Assembly (NCBI GenBank): GCA_900617105.1
Contig: UYFQ01000077.1
Span: forward strand, 1 to 50,977
Length of the DNA stretch: 50,977 bases
DNA from: Hydrurus foetidus
Lineage: Eukaryota
Reading direction: 5' to 3'
Both the position numbers and the translations under genes were made by a program. Below the pieces are notes generated by a model. The model was not told where the DNA came from, made no database searches, and was given only the letters and a program-made list of their open reading frames with translations. Numbering within the stretch: position 1 is the first letter of the stretch; every line of letters begins with the position of its first letter. Shown one piece after another: positions 1 through 11,122 of the stretch.

Positions 1-153
1 GTAGTTAGTTACAGCGGAAAGCTAGAAGCTAGGGTTAACTTCTACGTGGAGGCTGTAAGTGGCTACGACGATACAACAGACTGTAGTGTACGGTGAGTAG
101 TGTACCGTAGTACTATCCGGTAGGATCGGGACCTTGGACCCGGAACTACCACA
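1..153 (-). repeat. 3' LTR of Gypsy A (cut by the window start)
   Basis: Aligns to 6454-6607 with several substitutions and indels. Begins TGTGG on the minus strand at 153. Confidence 0.9.
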
Positions 154-178
154 CTACCCCCACTTATCCTTCTTTCTC
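154..178 (-). promoter_or_regulatory. Polypurine tract of Gypsy A
   Basis: Minus strand GAGAAAGAAGGATAAGTGGGGGTAG directly before the TG of the LTR. Confidence 0.8.
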
Positions 179-514
179 ACAGATAATCTAAACTAAACTA
201 AACTATGGCGGAACCCCCGTTTCTATATTTGAAAATACGAATATTTAACTAATAACATAAATGATAACGAAAAACGAAAATCAAAAATATGTACAATAAA
301 TACAAATGTGCAAGTATATACAAAAGAAATTTCGAAGGGGTTTCGGAAATTGTGAGAAAGATAAGAATAAGGGAGTATGTACAAAAACAGAATCGTTCTG
401 TTGTACGAGGGTCAAACGTAATTATGTCAGATTTTTACTGACTAAAAAACCATAAAAATCCCTTGTGAGGGCAAAAATTAGGCCAAAAATCTTCAAAAGA
501 TATTACGTTTGAGC

Positions 515-3500
515 TCAAACCTCGGTGGTTGATCCCTCAATATTCCTGGGAACAAAACGCGACATGTTATTGTTCCTCAAGTATACATGGAGTGCGTCAC
601 AGAGCCGGAGATTCTTCCAAGGCTCCCATGTATTATGTGAGTCATCATAGTTGAGCCATTTAACATGGAACGACATCGTAGTCGGTTTCTTTTTATCACC
701 CGAGTGATTAAGAACTTTCTCAACGAAATACTCCATGTAATCGCGACGTGCTGTATCAGCAGGTAAGCCCATCGAAGGGTCATAATTGAATATTTTAAGA
801 TTCGTTACATGTACACTATTGTGTTTATGTGTAATTAAGTTCGCGAGAACATACTCGGATCCTTCAAAGGATACAACACGGAAAGGGCCTTTCCATTTAG
901 TGTGTAATCGAGTTGGAGGGTGTTCTTGTTTTACCAAGACATACGACCCTATAGGGAACACTGTCAAACCGGATGTCGACTTTTGTGTTTTTCATCACAT
1001 TTTTGAAGTGAGTCGATTGCCGCATCGAGGACTTTGTCCTGTATCTCGATTAAATCAGCAATGTATGTTGAATTTGAAGATGATACCATCGGTAACAAAT
1101 GAGGTGTTAAAATTCCTCGATTCAAATCAAGTTTATCCGCGAATAGGATAGATGCTGGACTTGCACCCGTACGTTTATTAACTGAACTATTAATAATTCG
1201 TTGTACGAACGGAATGCATTTTGCATAATGGACAAGAGACGGTGTATCGAACACCAGTCCTTTTAAATGTCTATTTATCTCTTTATTGACTCGTTCAACA
1301 ATCGCATTCTCCTGAGAGGAGTAAGCTAGAGTGAGGTTATGGGGCGTACCCGTAAGATCTAAGAACTCTTTTATGAGATCATTAGCGAAATGGGATCCAC
1401 GATCCGATCTTATCATGTTTGGCGAACCGAATCGACCAAAATGTGTTAATAAACTCTCCGCTGCAGATTCGGCAGTAGCGTCCTTACACCAGAACATTTC
1501 TGTCCATCTGGAGAAGGTGTCAATTATGACGAGAATATACCCCTTATCGGGAAAAGGACCCACATAGTCAATATTCAACGTATCGAAAATTGCGTGAGTA
1601 GAAGTTGAAAAATGAGCTGCATTGATTTTCGCATCAACCGCACTTAGTTTTTGACAACAAGGACAGTTTCGTATGTATGAACGTACGTGCTGTTTCATAT
1701 TTTTCCACACTTGGTTTAGACTGTAAAGTCTTTGTTCATCTGTGGCCGGTTCGATAACCGTTAAAGCCGCCACACTTGTGGAAGAAGATGAAGATGATGA
1801 TGAACAAACATCTCTGACAATTGTCAATGGTAGAGCAATTTCAGTAAGATTCGGACATAAACGTGACAGCGCATCGGCTAGTTCGTTATCCGATCCTTTA
1901 ACAAAATGAACGGTGAAATCGAGTTCTTGCATTGCAATGAACCACCGTGCTACCATCGAAGTAGGGTTTTGTTTCATATATGTCAAATTCATATGATCAG
2001 TATGAATAGTGAATTTCTATCTCGGATAAGGTAATCCAATTGTTGGCAGCAATAAAAGATAGCGTAAGCCTCCTTTGTATTGTTGACCAATTAATCTGAG
2101 ATGCAGATAGAGATTTGCTAATAAAAGCGATTGGTTTCCATTCGTCATTAATGACTTGGAATAATACACCACCGATTCCATAATCAGATGCATCAGTATA
2201 TAATCTGATGGGTGAGGTTTCATCGATGAAATACATCAATGGACAACGAGATACCGCGATCTTTGTCTCATTGAATGCGTTTGTCCCCTCGAGGGTCCAA
2301 AAATTTGGAGAGCGTTTAACCGCCTTTGGGTCCACCATCATGTGAAGTGGTTTTACCATTTCGAGTGAAAAGGAACGAATTGACGGAAATAATTGGCTAA
2401 GCCAAGGAATCCCCGTAATGCCGTAACTTCTTTTGGAAGTGGAAAGTTGAGAACTGTCTCAATCTTTTCTTTCGACATGGATAAACCATCTTTGTCGATG
2501 ACTCGTCCAACGTATTCGATACGTTTAAGACCGAATCGGCATTTCTTTGCTTTGAGTTTAAGATTTTAAGTCTAAATCTCTCAAAGACTTTCCTCAAGTT
2601 CAAAAGAAACTCTGCTTCGCCCCGGCCATATACAATGCAATCGTCGAGATACATCTCGCAACAGCTGTATATGAGACCGTGAAGGACCGTTGTCACCATC
2701 TGCTCTTGAAAGTAAGAGGGGGGCACGACAAGGGCCAAAAGGCAATCTTGTGAATTGAAACACCCCCATGAAACATATAAATGCCGTATAGATTCGGTGG
2801 GGTGTATATAAGGGAGCTTGATGGTAACCCGCGGTTAAATCCATCACCCCATAAATATCCGGTTTTCGATTACCGATCCTCTCAAAGAGGTGTTTGATAT
2901 TTGGTAGTGGAAAGGAGGCCGGCTCAATGCATTCATTGAGTGCGCGATAATCGATGCAGGTTCGATATGTATCGGCTGTCTTATTTACCATTACAGGATG
3001 ACTGTAGTATGCAGCGTTCGACCTCTCGATCACACCATCCTCCAACATCTCTTCGATAGAAGTGCGGAGATAATGTTCCTTTTTAGAGGATTGGGGTCGC
3101 ACTGGTGCGTGGTTCGATGGAACCTCCCATTTCTGCTGTGGCAGGTTTATCTCAAACGGTTTGAGGTCAGCAGCTTGCGGAGCTAGCTTATCACTGAATA
3201 TATCAGCGAATTCAGAACAGAGAGTACGAAGATCCTTCTGAAGGCTTTCATCTCCTTCAAAATGGATCTTAGACAAGAAATCATCCGGCCCATTGGGCGG
3301 TACATTCCGGCACGTCTTGTCACGCAAGAAAGGTGCGAAGGTATCAGTCTTATCATCGTCAATCTCGTCAACGGAGAGTGCGACACCGCTTGGCCATATG
3401 GCTTCCGCGTCATAGTCTGATGTAACAGTGTCCCCAGAGGTATGTGTGAGGATGGGAATCGAGTCACCATCTAGGTGCGGGGTATCACCCGTACGTTTCG

Positions 3501-3741
3501 CGAGTACAGTCGAGACACTGTCCAGTCGCTCACAACCCACATCACCACATGGACTTTGGGTCATGACTCCCTTGGTACCATCCTGGGTAACGTTACACGT
3601 GAACGTTGTATGACAACCTGACCCTACGACTTCCTTGGTTAGAGGTGCGTGCAGAATGGCCTTCTTAGGTGTTGGCTTTGGGCATAGACCGTATGGTTCT
3701 CTCCGATCCGAAAGTTTTGCTTTTGTGATACCCTTTAACAT
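515..3741 (-). pseudogene. pol: Gypsy A pol (RT, RNase H, integrase, chromodomain), frameshifted
   Basis: RT motifs CIDYRALN, MDLTAGYHQ, RLPFG, YLDD. RNase H motifs LYTDASDYGIG and NELADALSR. Integrase IDYVGP/RSDRG/ERVNK. Chromodomain VEKVLNH..VKWLNYDDSHNTWEP. Split across ORFs 2581-3741, 2397-2738, 1997-2359, 964-1992 and 515-967. Confidence 0.93.
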
Positions 3742-3764
3742 ATCGTATGTTGGTGTAATCGACT

Positions 3765-5835
3765 CTACTTCCGGTTCTTCGGGTATGAACCCTCAGATAT
3801 CATACGTCTGGTATATTTGTGCCAGTGAAGCGGGTCAAGCTTGGCTATCGCTTCCCTTTCTTCAAACTCGAGCCAACGAGCATCACGCTTCCTTTTGTTC
3901 TCGGCACTAAGCTCGGGAGAAATGCCAAAAGCGAAAGGTGTTAATGACATAAAATCATATTTATTTACAGTTTTTCGACTTAATAAAAGTTCAATATCTG
4001 TGTTCCTATTAACCCGCATCGTTAAAGGAATGGTATGACATTCGCCGTCATAAGAATGAAATTTGAGAATTAAATCAATCATTTCGTTATTTATATAGCA
4101 CTGGCCATCGAGACCAGAGCAAACAGTAATGGCTTTAGAAGCTGTATAACAGTTATGTTTAGCATTCAATTTATCAATCATAGTGAAAGAAACAAAATCC
4201 TCGGAGTAGTTGGCGGTATCGAGTACGGCCTTGCCCACAGTGCGTCGTACGCTAGATTGGCGCTCCTTATCCTTATCCTGTACCAAAACCGTTACGTTGA
4301 GATGGTCAGAAGGTAGAATTGATGGATCATGCAAAAATTCATCGGGAATAATTGCTGGAATGACAGATGCAGTAATGCATGATACTGAATGCTTTATGTC
4401 AGTGATATCAGATGAATCGACATCATGATCATATATACCTTGTTGGTTCGCAGAGCCGGCGCTCGCGTTGTTATCCCCTTGGGGCGGGTTGTATTTACCC
4501 CCTCGGGGGTTCTTCCCTTGGTATCTTCTGCCACCACCTTGGTTACCCCCAGGGCCGGGGTTTCCTTGGTTGCGGTTTTGGTAGTTCTGGTTACCATAAC
4601 CTTGGTTCTGGTTACCTTGGTTTTGATTCCAGCGGTTTCCGGAACCTTGGTTTTGGTTCCCCTGGTTTGGTTTGGCCCCTTTACCTCCACCCTGGTTGCC
4701 TTTGTGGTTCTTGTTGTTGCACATCAAGTACGGTGGCGCCCCCGCAGGATGGTATCTTTCCCTGGTTTCGTACCCAGGTAAGATGAGTCTCTCCTGCCAC
4801 ATAACTTCACCTTGTGCCAGCCATGCCTTACCTACAAACGAATCAGACCAGTTACAGCCGTGATCGTTGTTGGTATCGGAATAGTGCATGACTGTACACT
4901 CAGTTAGAATATGTGCAGGGTTTCCGCATGAGCGACAAACCCGGACAGCGGTCACCAGCAGTACGTCTAGAGAGGAACGTACCGCAAGGTTGCTACTCCC
5001 ACTTTGGATATTTACATCACGTATAGCGAGTGTACTCGCCCGCTTCTTCGTCGAACGGGGAGGAGGTACTGCTGTACTCGGGAACGAGTAGACAATGTCA
5101 GGGTTGCCATAACTCCTGCTCATATGGATTGCCTCACGTGCCGCAGTAACGACTGCGATAATGTGCATCATAGCGACTTCCCACGTCTTAGGAGACTCGT
5201 TGTCCCTCGATTTGTCAGCAATGTAATCCGCTTGGATGCGGCTCCCTCGAGGGAGTCGTACCTCAAGAATCGAAATCAACTCGTCATGCTGTGATGCGGT
5301 GATACGACGGACACGTTCCTGATCAGTGGCGATCTCTTTGTGCGCCATGAACGTTACTAACTCTTCCTCATCAGAGGAAAGAGAATAGTGGAGTGGGACC
5401 TTAGCAAACAGTTCTGCTAAGGTGTGATCCTCTTGTTTGTTTTTGCAAAAATATTGCATTACCAACGTGCCAATACTCTCTATCGGGAGAAGGTTTTGCC
5501 AATTAAGCCTTTGCTCGTTGGTAATCACTGACAGCGTCGCCTGATCAGTCATGAATTTAACATGAAGCAAATCGATTGCTTGACGTTGCATGCATTGTTT
5601 GATATGCAAGTGAGGCATGCGTTGTGCTTGCTCATCGAATTCTTCAGCATCCTGCGGAGTGATATAATCTCCCCGTAGGATGAATCTTTCGCTGGATCTG
5701 TAGCGTCTGTGGGAAACCCATCTTTAACAATTGTGAGTTCTGTGAGATGCTAAGGATGTTTCCTTCCTCATCAACCTCTTGCTCATTATCAGACTCATTC
5801 GGCCTGGGCTCAGGATTGAGAGCGTTATCTTCCAT
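3765..5835 (-). pseudogene. gag: Gypsy A gag-protease
   Basis: ORF 3765-5618 has a CCHC knuckle (CRSCGNPAHILTEC), an N/Q/G-rich tract and the aspartic protease motif AVLDTA. Its probable N-terminus is in the frameshifted ORF 5644-5835. Confidence 0.8.
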
Positions 5836-6411
5836 CTCTTATCACAAGATGAGCAGTAGATATAAATCGAGTTATATCGAAGCGAGGACGAGCTTTCCTC
5901 GTCAAAAAAAATGCGAGAGCTTGGCCTCGTTCGCTTATTGGGTACTTTACGCAAGCAACAGCGAAGAATTGAATTTCAACCCACTCTTTTCGAGAAAAAT
6001 TCTATGGCATGAAAGCCGAATTTCGAGTGGTGAAAATTTTTGGGTCCTCTTGAGGATGAAGGAAGAACTTCCTGTCGACCAAAAGACGTCCTTAGACTAA
6101 TCTGATGTCTCTAGCAATGGAACCGGTGTCCAAATTGCCAGTGGAGAACTCCTTAATTTCGAGTTGGGAAAGCTCTCGCGACTTCGACCAGAAACGAACT
6201 TTTGGAAACGCCCTTCGAGGAGTTCAAAGAGGGAATCGGCTATGCCAACCTTCCGTAAACTTAAACTAACTTCTCGGAGCTTCGGGCTCAGCGAGAAAAA
6301 GACTCCTTGGAAATCGTGGAGTATGTCGTACTCCGTTGGAAGTCTATCTAAAGATTGGCCGAGTAGATTTTAGAGGAAGAAGCGAAGAAGGATGAGCGGA
6401 AATAGCGCTAT

Positions 6412-6607
6412 TGTGGCTCTGGATGGGAATGAAGGAGGGGATGTCTAGAGGTAGTAGTTAGTTACAGCGGTAAAGCTAGAAGCTAGGATGAACTTCTACG
6501 TGGAGGCTGTAAGTGGCTACGACGATACAACAGACTGTAGTGTACAGTAGGTAGTGTACCGTAGTACTATCCGGTAGGATCGGGACCTTGGACCCGAAAC
6601 TACCTCA
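6412..6607 (-). repeat. 5' LTR of Gypsy A (~196 bp)
   Basis: Copy of 1-153. Inner boundary placed at TGTGG 6412 because it is the inverted match to CCACA at 149-153 and gives the same length as the Gypsy B LTR. Confidence 0.8.
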
Positions 6608-7618
6608 CGACATCAGCCGAAAGTGCAACCGTGTTCCCTATACGGCATATGTTTTATGTCGATATAGTGATCGACCTCCAACTCGTTAACACACTACGTG
6701 GCATGGCCCGTACCGTGTTATCTCTTATAAGGGATCCGAGTATGTCCTTGCAAACCTTGTGACTCACAAAGAACGAAGTGTTCATGTAAAAAAAAAATCA
6801 ACTATGACTCAGAGGTGGACGTACCTGCTGAAATTGCTCGTCGTGACTACATGGAATTTGTAGTTGAGAAGATTCTTAGACACTCCGGCGATACAAAGAA
6901 ACCCACAGCGATGTCATTCCATGTGAAATGGCTCAATTATGATGACACTCATAACTCATGGGAGCCGTGGAAGAACCTACGGCTTTGTGAAGCACTCCAT
7001 GATTATTTAAGGGACAATAAAATGAAGCATTTTATCCCAAAAAATCTTGAGGCTTCAGTCTAAGAAGACTAATCTCGAACGTATTATCTTTTATAGATTT
7101 CGCTTAATTTTTCCTCGATGGAGGTTTTATGGTTTTAGTCAGTAAGAATCTGACATAATTACGTATCGAGGCCTCGTGCACATCTACTTATGTACTAGGC
7201 ACTCACTTTATCTCTTCGACCGGCCCACAACATTGGTTAGATTTTTCTTTTTTTAGTTTTAGTTTTCTTTAATTTTGAGTTTACATTTTCGTATCCTCAT
7301 TTTTACTTTCGATCTTTCTTTTCCATCTCTATACTTATTATTAGTATATATGTTTGTGCAAAAAATGTGGTGGTTGCATCATAGATTAGTTTTCTTTGGA
7401 TAAAGAGATAAGTGGAGGAAATGTGGTCGCACCAGGTATACCGGGTCTACAGGCCGTACCGGACCTAGTCCCGATCCTTCCGCCTGCTGTACACTTACAT
7501 CCTTGCATACTGCTAGCTAGCTCCAGCCTACTCGTAGAAGTTTACTCTAGCTTCTAGCAAAGACTGTAACTAACTATCACCTGCCATTCTATCGACCTCC
7601 TCTTCTATCCGGACTAAA
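6608..7618 (+). mobile_element. 3' part of a related chromodomain Gypsy (element B): integrase C-terminus/chromodomain, PPT and 3' LTR (7422-~7618)
   Basis: ORF 6815-7063 (ARRDYMEFVVEKILRH..VKWLNYDDTHNSWEPW) is a close paralog of the Gypsy A C-terminus. PPT AAGTGGAGGAAA then TGTGG at 7422. The LTR shares the ctagcttctagc and ctgtaactaacta motifs with LTR A. Confidence 0.88.
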
Positions 7619-8188
7619 GCCGGTCTAAAAGCTTCGATATGCGATATCATTGGATCAAAGACCGAGTGAAACAAACACACTTCACAGTAATATGGCAAAA
7701 AGGGACAGACAATCTCGCAGACTTTTTCACAAAACCACTACCTGCATCATTGCATCAAAAGCTGATGCACAAACTGGTTCATATTCCTCCCATCTCGTTG
7801 ATCAAAGAACACCACGAATCACTCACGTCGGGCACCACAGTGGAGACAGATGAAGTCACCATCGGTTTAAGATTGTGTTCATCTTCGCAGTACCGACGCT
7901 ATTGTTCACACACTCTATTTTTCACAGGGTTTTTGCTGACTTTCATAATTACTATTCCGTTATAATTTGTATTTTCGTGGGTCACTTTTCATGTTTTCAA
8001 AGCACTGCAAGGGTGTGTTGATCATCGTACGTTCGCACGATTCATTCCTGGAAGTTTGACATCGACTTCAGCACAGTACTTTTCACATCATGACATCAAA
8101 CCATCAGTTAACTTACCATCACACACGTAAGTTAACTAGAACATTCGTATTAATAGCATTCTTCGTTCATACAGAGTTTGATACAACA
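7619..8188 (+). mobile_element. Ty1/Copia 3' remnant: RNase H end, PPT and 3' LTR (8016-8188)
   Basis: RSKSFDMRYHWIKDRV..NLADFFTKPL is the Copia RNase H terminus. GCAAGGGTG PPT followed by TGTTG...CAACA (173 bp). Confidence 0.88.
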
Positions 8189-8549
8189 TAGTATACTGAA
8201 AGAATTGAATTGAATTGGTTCAGTCACGGAGGCTCATCGCAAATGTTGTCGAATCGCAGTAAAATTGGGAGGATGAGAATAAGAGAGATTATGTGCAAAA
8301 TTTTGGGAGTCGAAAAAGTCAGGACTACGTTGGAAAAGATAAATAACCAGAATTCTAATTGGTGGATAATAAAATAAACAGAAAATAGTTCACCATGTCA
8401 TACATCAAACCCGTTGTTTCCCAGTTGCGTGTAAAAGTCCAGCAAAAGGTGATGTGTTCGAAAAATATCTGGGCTAATAATATAGGAGAATCAGAGGTGC
8501 CAAGACCTCGTCATTCTCGCTGCAAAATCTTTAACACGCGGAAATGTTT

Positions 8550-10168
8550 CTACTTCTTGACTGCCTCTGGGGTGGTTGTGGGTGCTGTAGCGGCAAGCGG
8601 GGCGGGGATAAACTTGAGGTACTTGGCAGCCTCCTTGTCTCCTTGAGCCTTCGCCTGCTTCATCAACTTCTCAGCTAGCTTGCTGCTCTTGTCTGCAACT
8701 TCAAGTTGAGCTGAGTTGATCCTTAACGTGTCGGATACCTCTTTTCTGTTATTCGAATTCTTGTTGGTAAGTAAATCGTTTGTTCCGGTCAGCTTCTCGA
8801 TCATACTGGCGGTTTCTTTCAAAGTCTTCTCGTACTTTTGATTGACTGATTTCACGGAACTCTTTCCGTTTTTGAGTTTTAACTTAGTTGCCTCCTCCCA
8901 TGTTGACGTTTCAACGAGCATTTCACTCATTTTAGTGGTACTCTTCAGGAGGTCAGCCTCGATGGTCTTGACAGATCTAAACAAAGTAACGTGAGCAATT
9001 AGTCAGATCGGATCACTTCAGAAACGCGAAGTGAAAAATTATGTTGACTGTCAAAATATAAGTGAACGACCTTAGATAGGCCACAACGTCATCCTTCAGC
9101 TTGGAGAATTTCTCCTCAGCCTCATCCACTGTCTTGACGCCGCTGCGGAATTGCAAGAGACCAGCCTCACCTGCGCAATAGCAGATTGTCGTAGCAGATG
9201 GTGAATGCATATTCTTTTCATTCTAAGATTTAGTGCTCAAATGATAGTCAGTCAATTATAAAATTTCGGACCTGTCTCGGCACATTCGTTGAATGAATCC
9301 TTGCAAGCTTTAAAGTTTGTATCTAATCCCGCATTCATGTCCGCAAGGCCCGCAGCCTGAATCGTCTGAATTTCAGCTGCCTTTCCGACTGTGGCTGTCA
9401 AGCCCGCTAATACATCGTCCGCTCTCTTTTTCAAGCTGCTGTCAATCGCAACTACTCCTGCAAAGTCTTTGAGAATTTTTTCCTGCAAAGCAATACCGTT
9501 GCCATAATCAATTTACAATTGATGCATACTTGTCATATATGAGTCGAAAGCGTAACGGAAAATTCACTTACATCTTGCGCAAGTGTTGACACCTCATTCT
9601 GTGCTTTAAGGAACAGTTGAGCAGTCACTGACGGCTTCGCAGGAATGGCTGCGGAGGCCTCTGCTGCAGCGTATTTAACCCCAGCCGACTCTCGGAGATT
9701 TTCAATCTCGGTCTGAATACTTGCTGTTGCCAAAACGTCTTCGTCAACCATTTTTGTGATTGATGTATCGTATTCAGCCATTTTCGTTGTCACGCCAGTT
9801 AGAGAAGCTGTTGCTTTCGATAAAAGGTTCGCATTGTCGCCGATGATTTTCTTCGCAATGTTCCACTCTTGATCCAATAATTTAAAGTCCTTCTGATTAG
9901 CCTCGATTGCAGTTTCTGCTTCCGAGAAAAGCTGTGATGCTCCGTTGCTGATAGCGTTAGCTGGCATAAAATGCGTTGCAGGCGAGATAGAAATCAAGCT
10001 TCCTAGAACAGCGACGGAAATAAATTGCCTCGATGCGCTGGCTAAATGATTTGCTGAAAGTTGAATTGCATCCGATACACTCCTACGAAATTTTCGTCCA
10101 ATAGAATCAATTTTTAATCCATTCGATATCTGAAATAAAGTGAACAGGAGGCTGTAGATCAACTTCAT
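8550..10168 (-). CDS. Unknown alanine/lysine-rich coiled-coil protein with signal, transit and putative thylakoid-lumen peptides; 4 exons (10168-9572, 9482-9272, 9170-9071, 8976-8550)
   Basis: Three GT-AG introns join the four listed ORFs in frame. The N-terminus MKLIYSLLFTLFQISNG is followed by a basic stretch, then a second hydrophobic segment ending in A-N-A. Confidence 0.8.
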
Positions 10169-10507
10169 GATTGAACTTGTGTGAATTCTACTTGATGTAG
10201 GATACAACTTTCTCAGGCGGTCGGAGTTGTAGATAACCAGCGGTTTCTAGTGTCGACGTTCAGTGACACACGACGTGCATCATGGATTGACAAAATGTTG
10301 CAACTATACTTGAAGTGGTCTTTGAGAACGTTCGTGCTGTCAGATACGAAACATACAGCGGAAAAAAACTCAAAATGTCGACTTTTTGATGGATGTCAGT
10401 TGTTGACGAATTCCCGGTTCTCACGGTCGCTTTCTTCTGGCTAAGCACAGCGGCGTGAGATCGAACGAGTCAGGACTCGTGATAAGATCGCCTTACCAGT
10501 AATCACT

Positions 10508-10606
10508 TGTTAATTAGACTGGGCTTCGCCTATCAAGAAGCCATGAGTCCCTTTCAAAGCATGCGAACAGAGTCTGTGCTACGCCTGAACCATTGAAACT
10601 CTTCGT

Positions 10607-10638
<32 letters not shown>

Positions 10639-11122
10639 TACATACACACAAACCCGTACATCCGTACGAGTGCATAAGTACACGCGTTGCGTACGTGCCA
10701 TAAACTCAGATATATCCAACACACCCCTATGACACTACACAAGGGTTTGGCCAGCACGCATGGTGTTTCTGTACCAGTCTCTAAGCTGAATTGTCACCCA
10801 TGATAAAATGCAAGCATATTCTGTAACACACAACGTCTAAACTAAAATAGTATCTTTCCATCCTGTAATGCCCCTTCTCTCGTCAATGAACTGTGCCCCC
10901 TGCAGTGGCTTGGTGAGTAGGTTTGCATACATACTTTTTGTCCCTAGGTGCTTCACTCTCGCTTCTCCCATTTCCACTCGCTCCTTCAACCAGAAATACT
11001 TGATCGCGATGTGTCTTGTCCTATCTGCTGCGGACCGCCCTCTCTCAAGTAGTGCCATACAGGACATGTTGTCCTGGTATATGGTCACTGGTCCACACAG
11101 ATGTCCCTGCCCCAGTATGATC
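10508..11122 (-). mobile_element. Second Ty1/Copia remnant (RNase H end, PPT, 3' LTR starting at 10721)
   Basis: PVTIYQDNMS..RTRHIAIKYFWLKERV..MYANLLTKPL. PPT ATAGGGGTG followed by TGTTGG on the minus strand. The outer LTR end (~10508) is uncertain. Confidence 0.8.
10607..10650. repeat. (CA)n/(CATA)n microsatellite inside the Copia LTR
   Basis: Seen directly. Confidence 0.95.

Larger units (their letters stand above)
1..6607 (-). mobile_element. Ty3/Gypsy chromodomain LTR retrotransposon (element A), near full length, degenerate
   Basis: Matching LTRs at 1-153 and 6412-6607. Minus-strand ORFs in the order gag-PR-RT-RNaseH-IN-chromodomain. PPT next to the 3' LTR. Multiple frameshifts. Confidence 0.95.
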
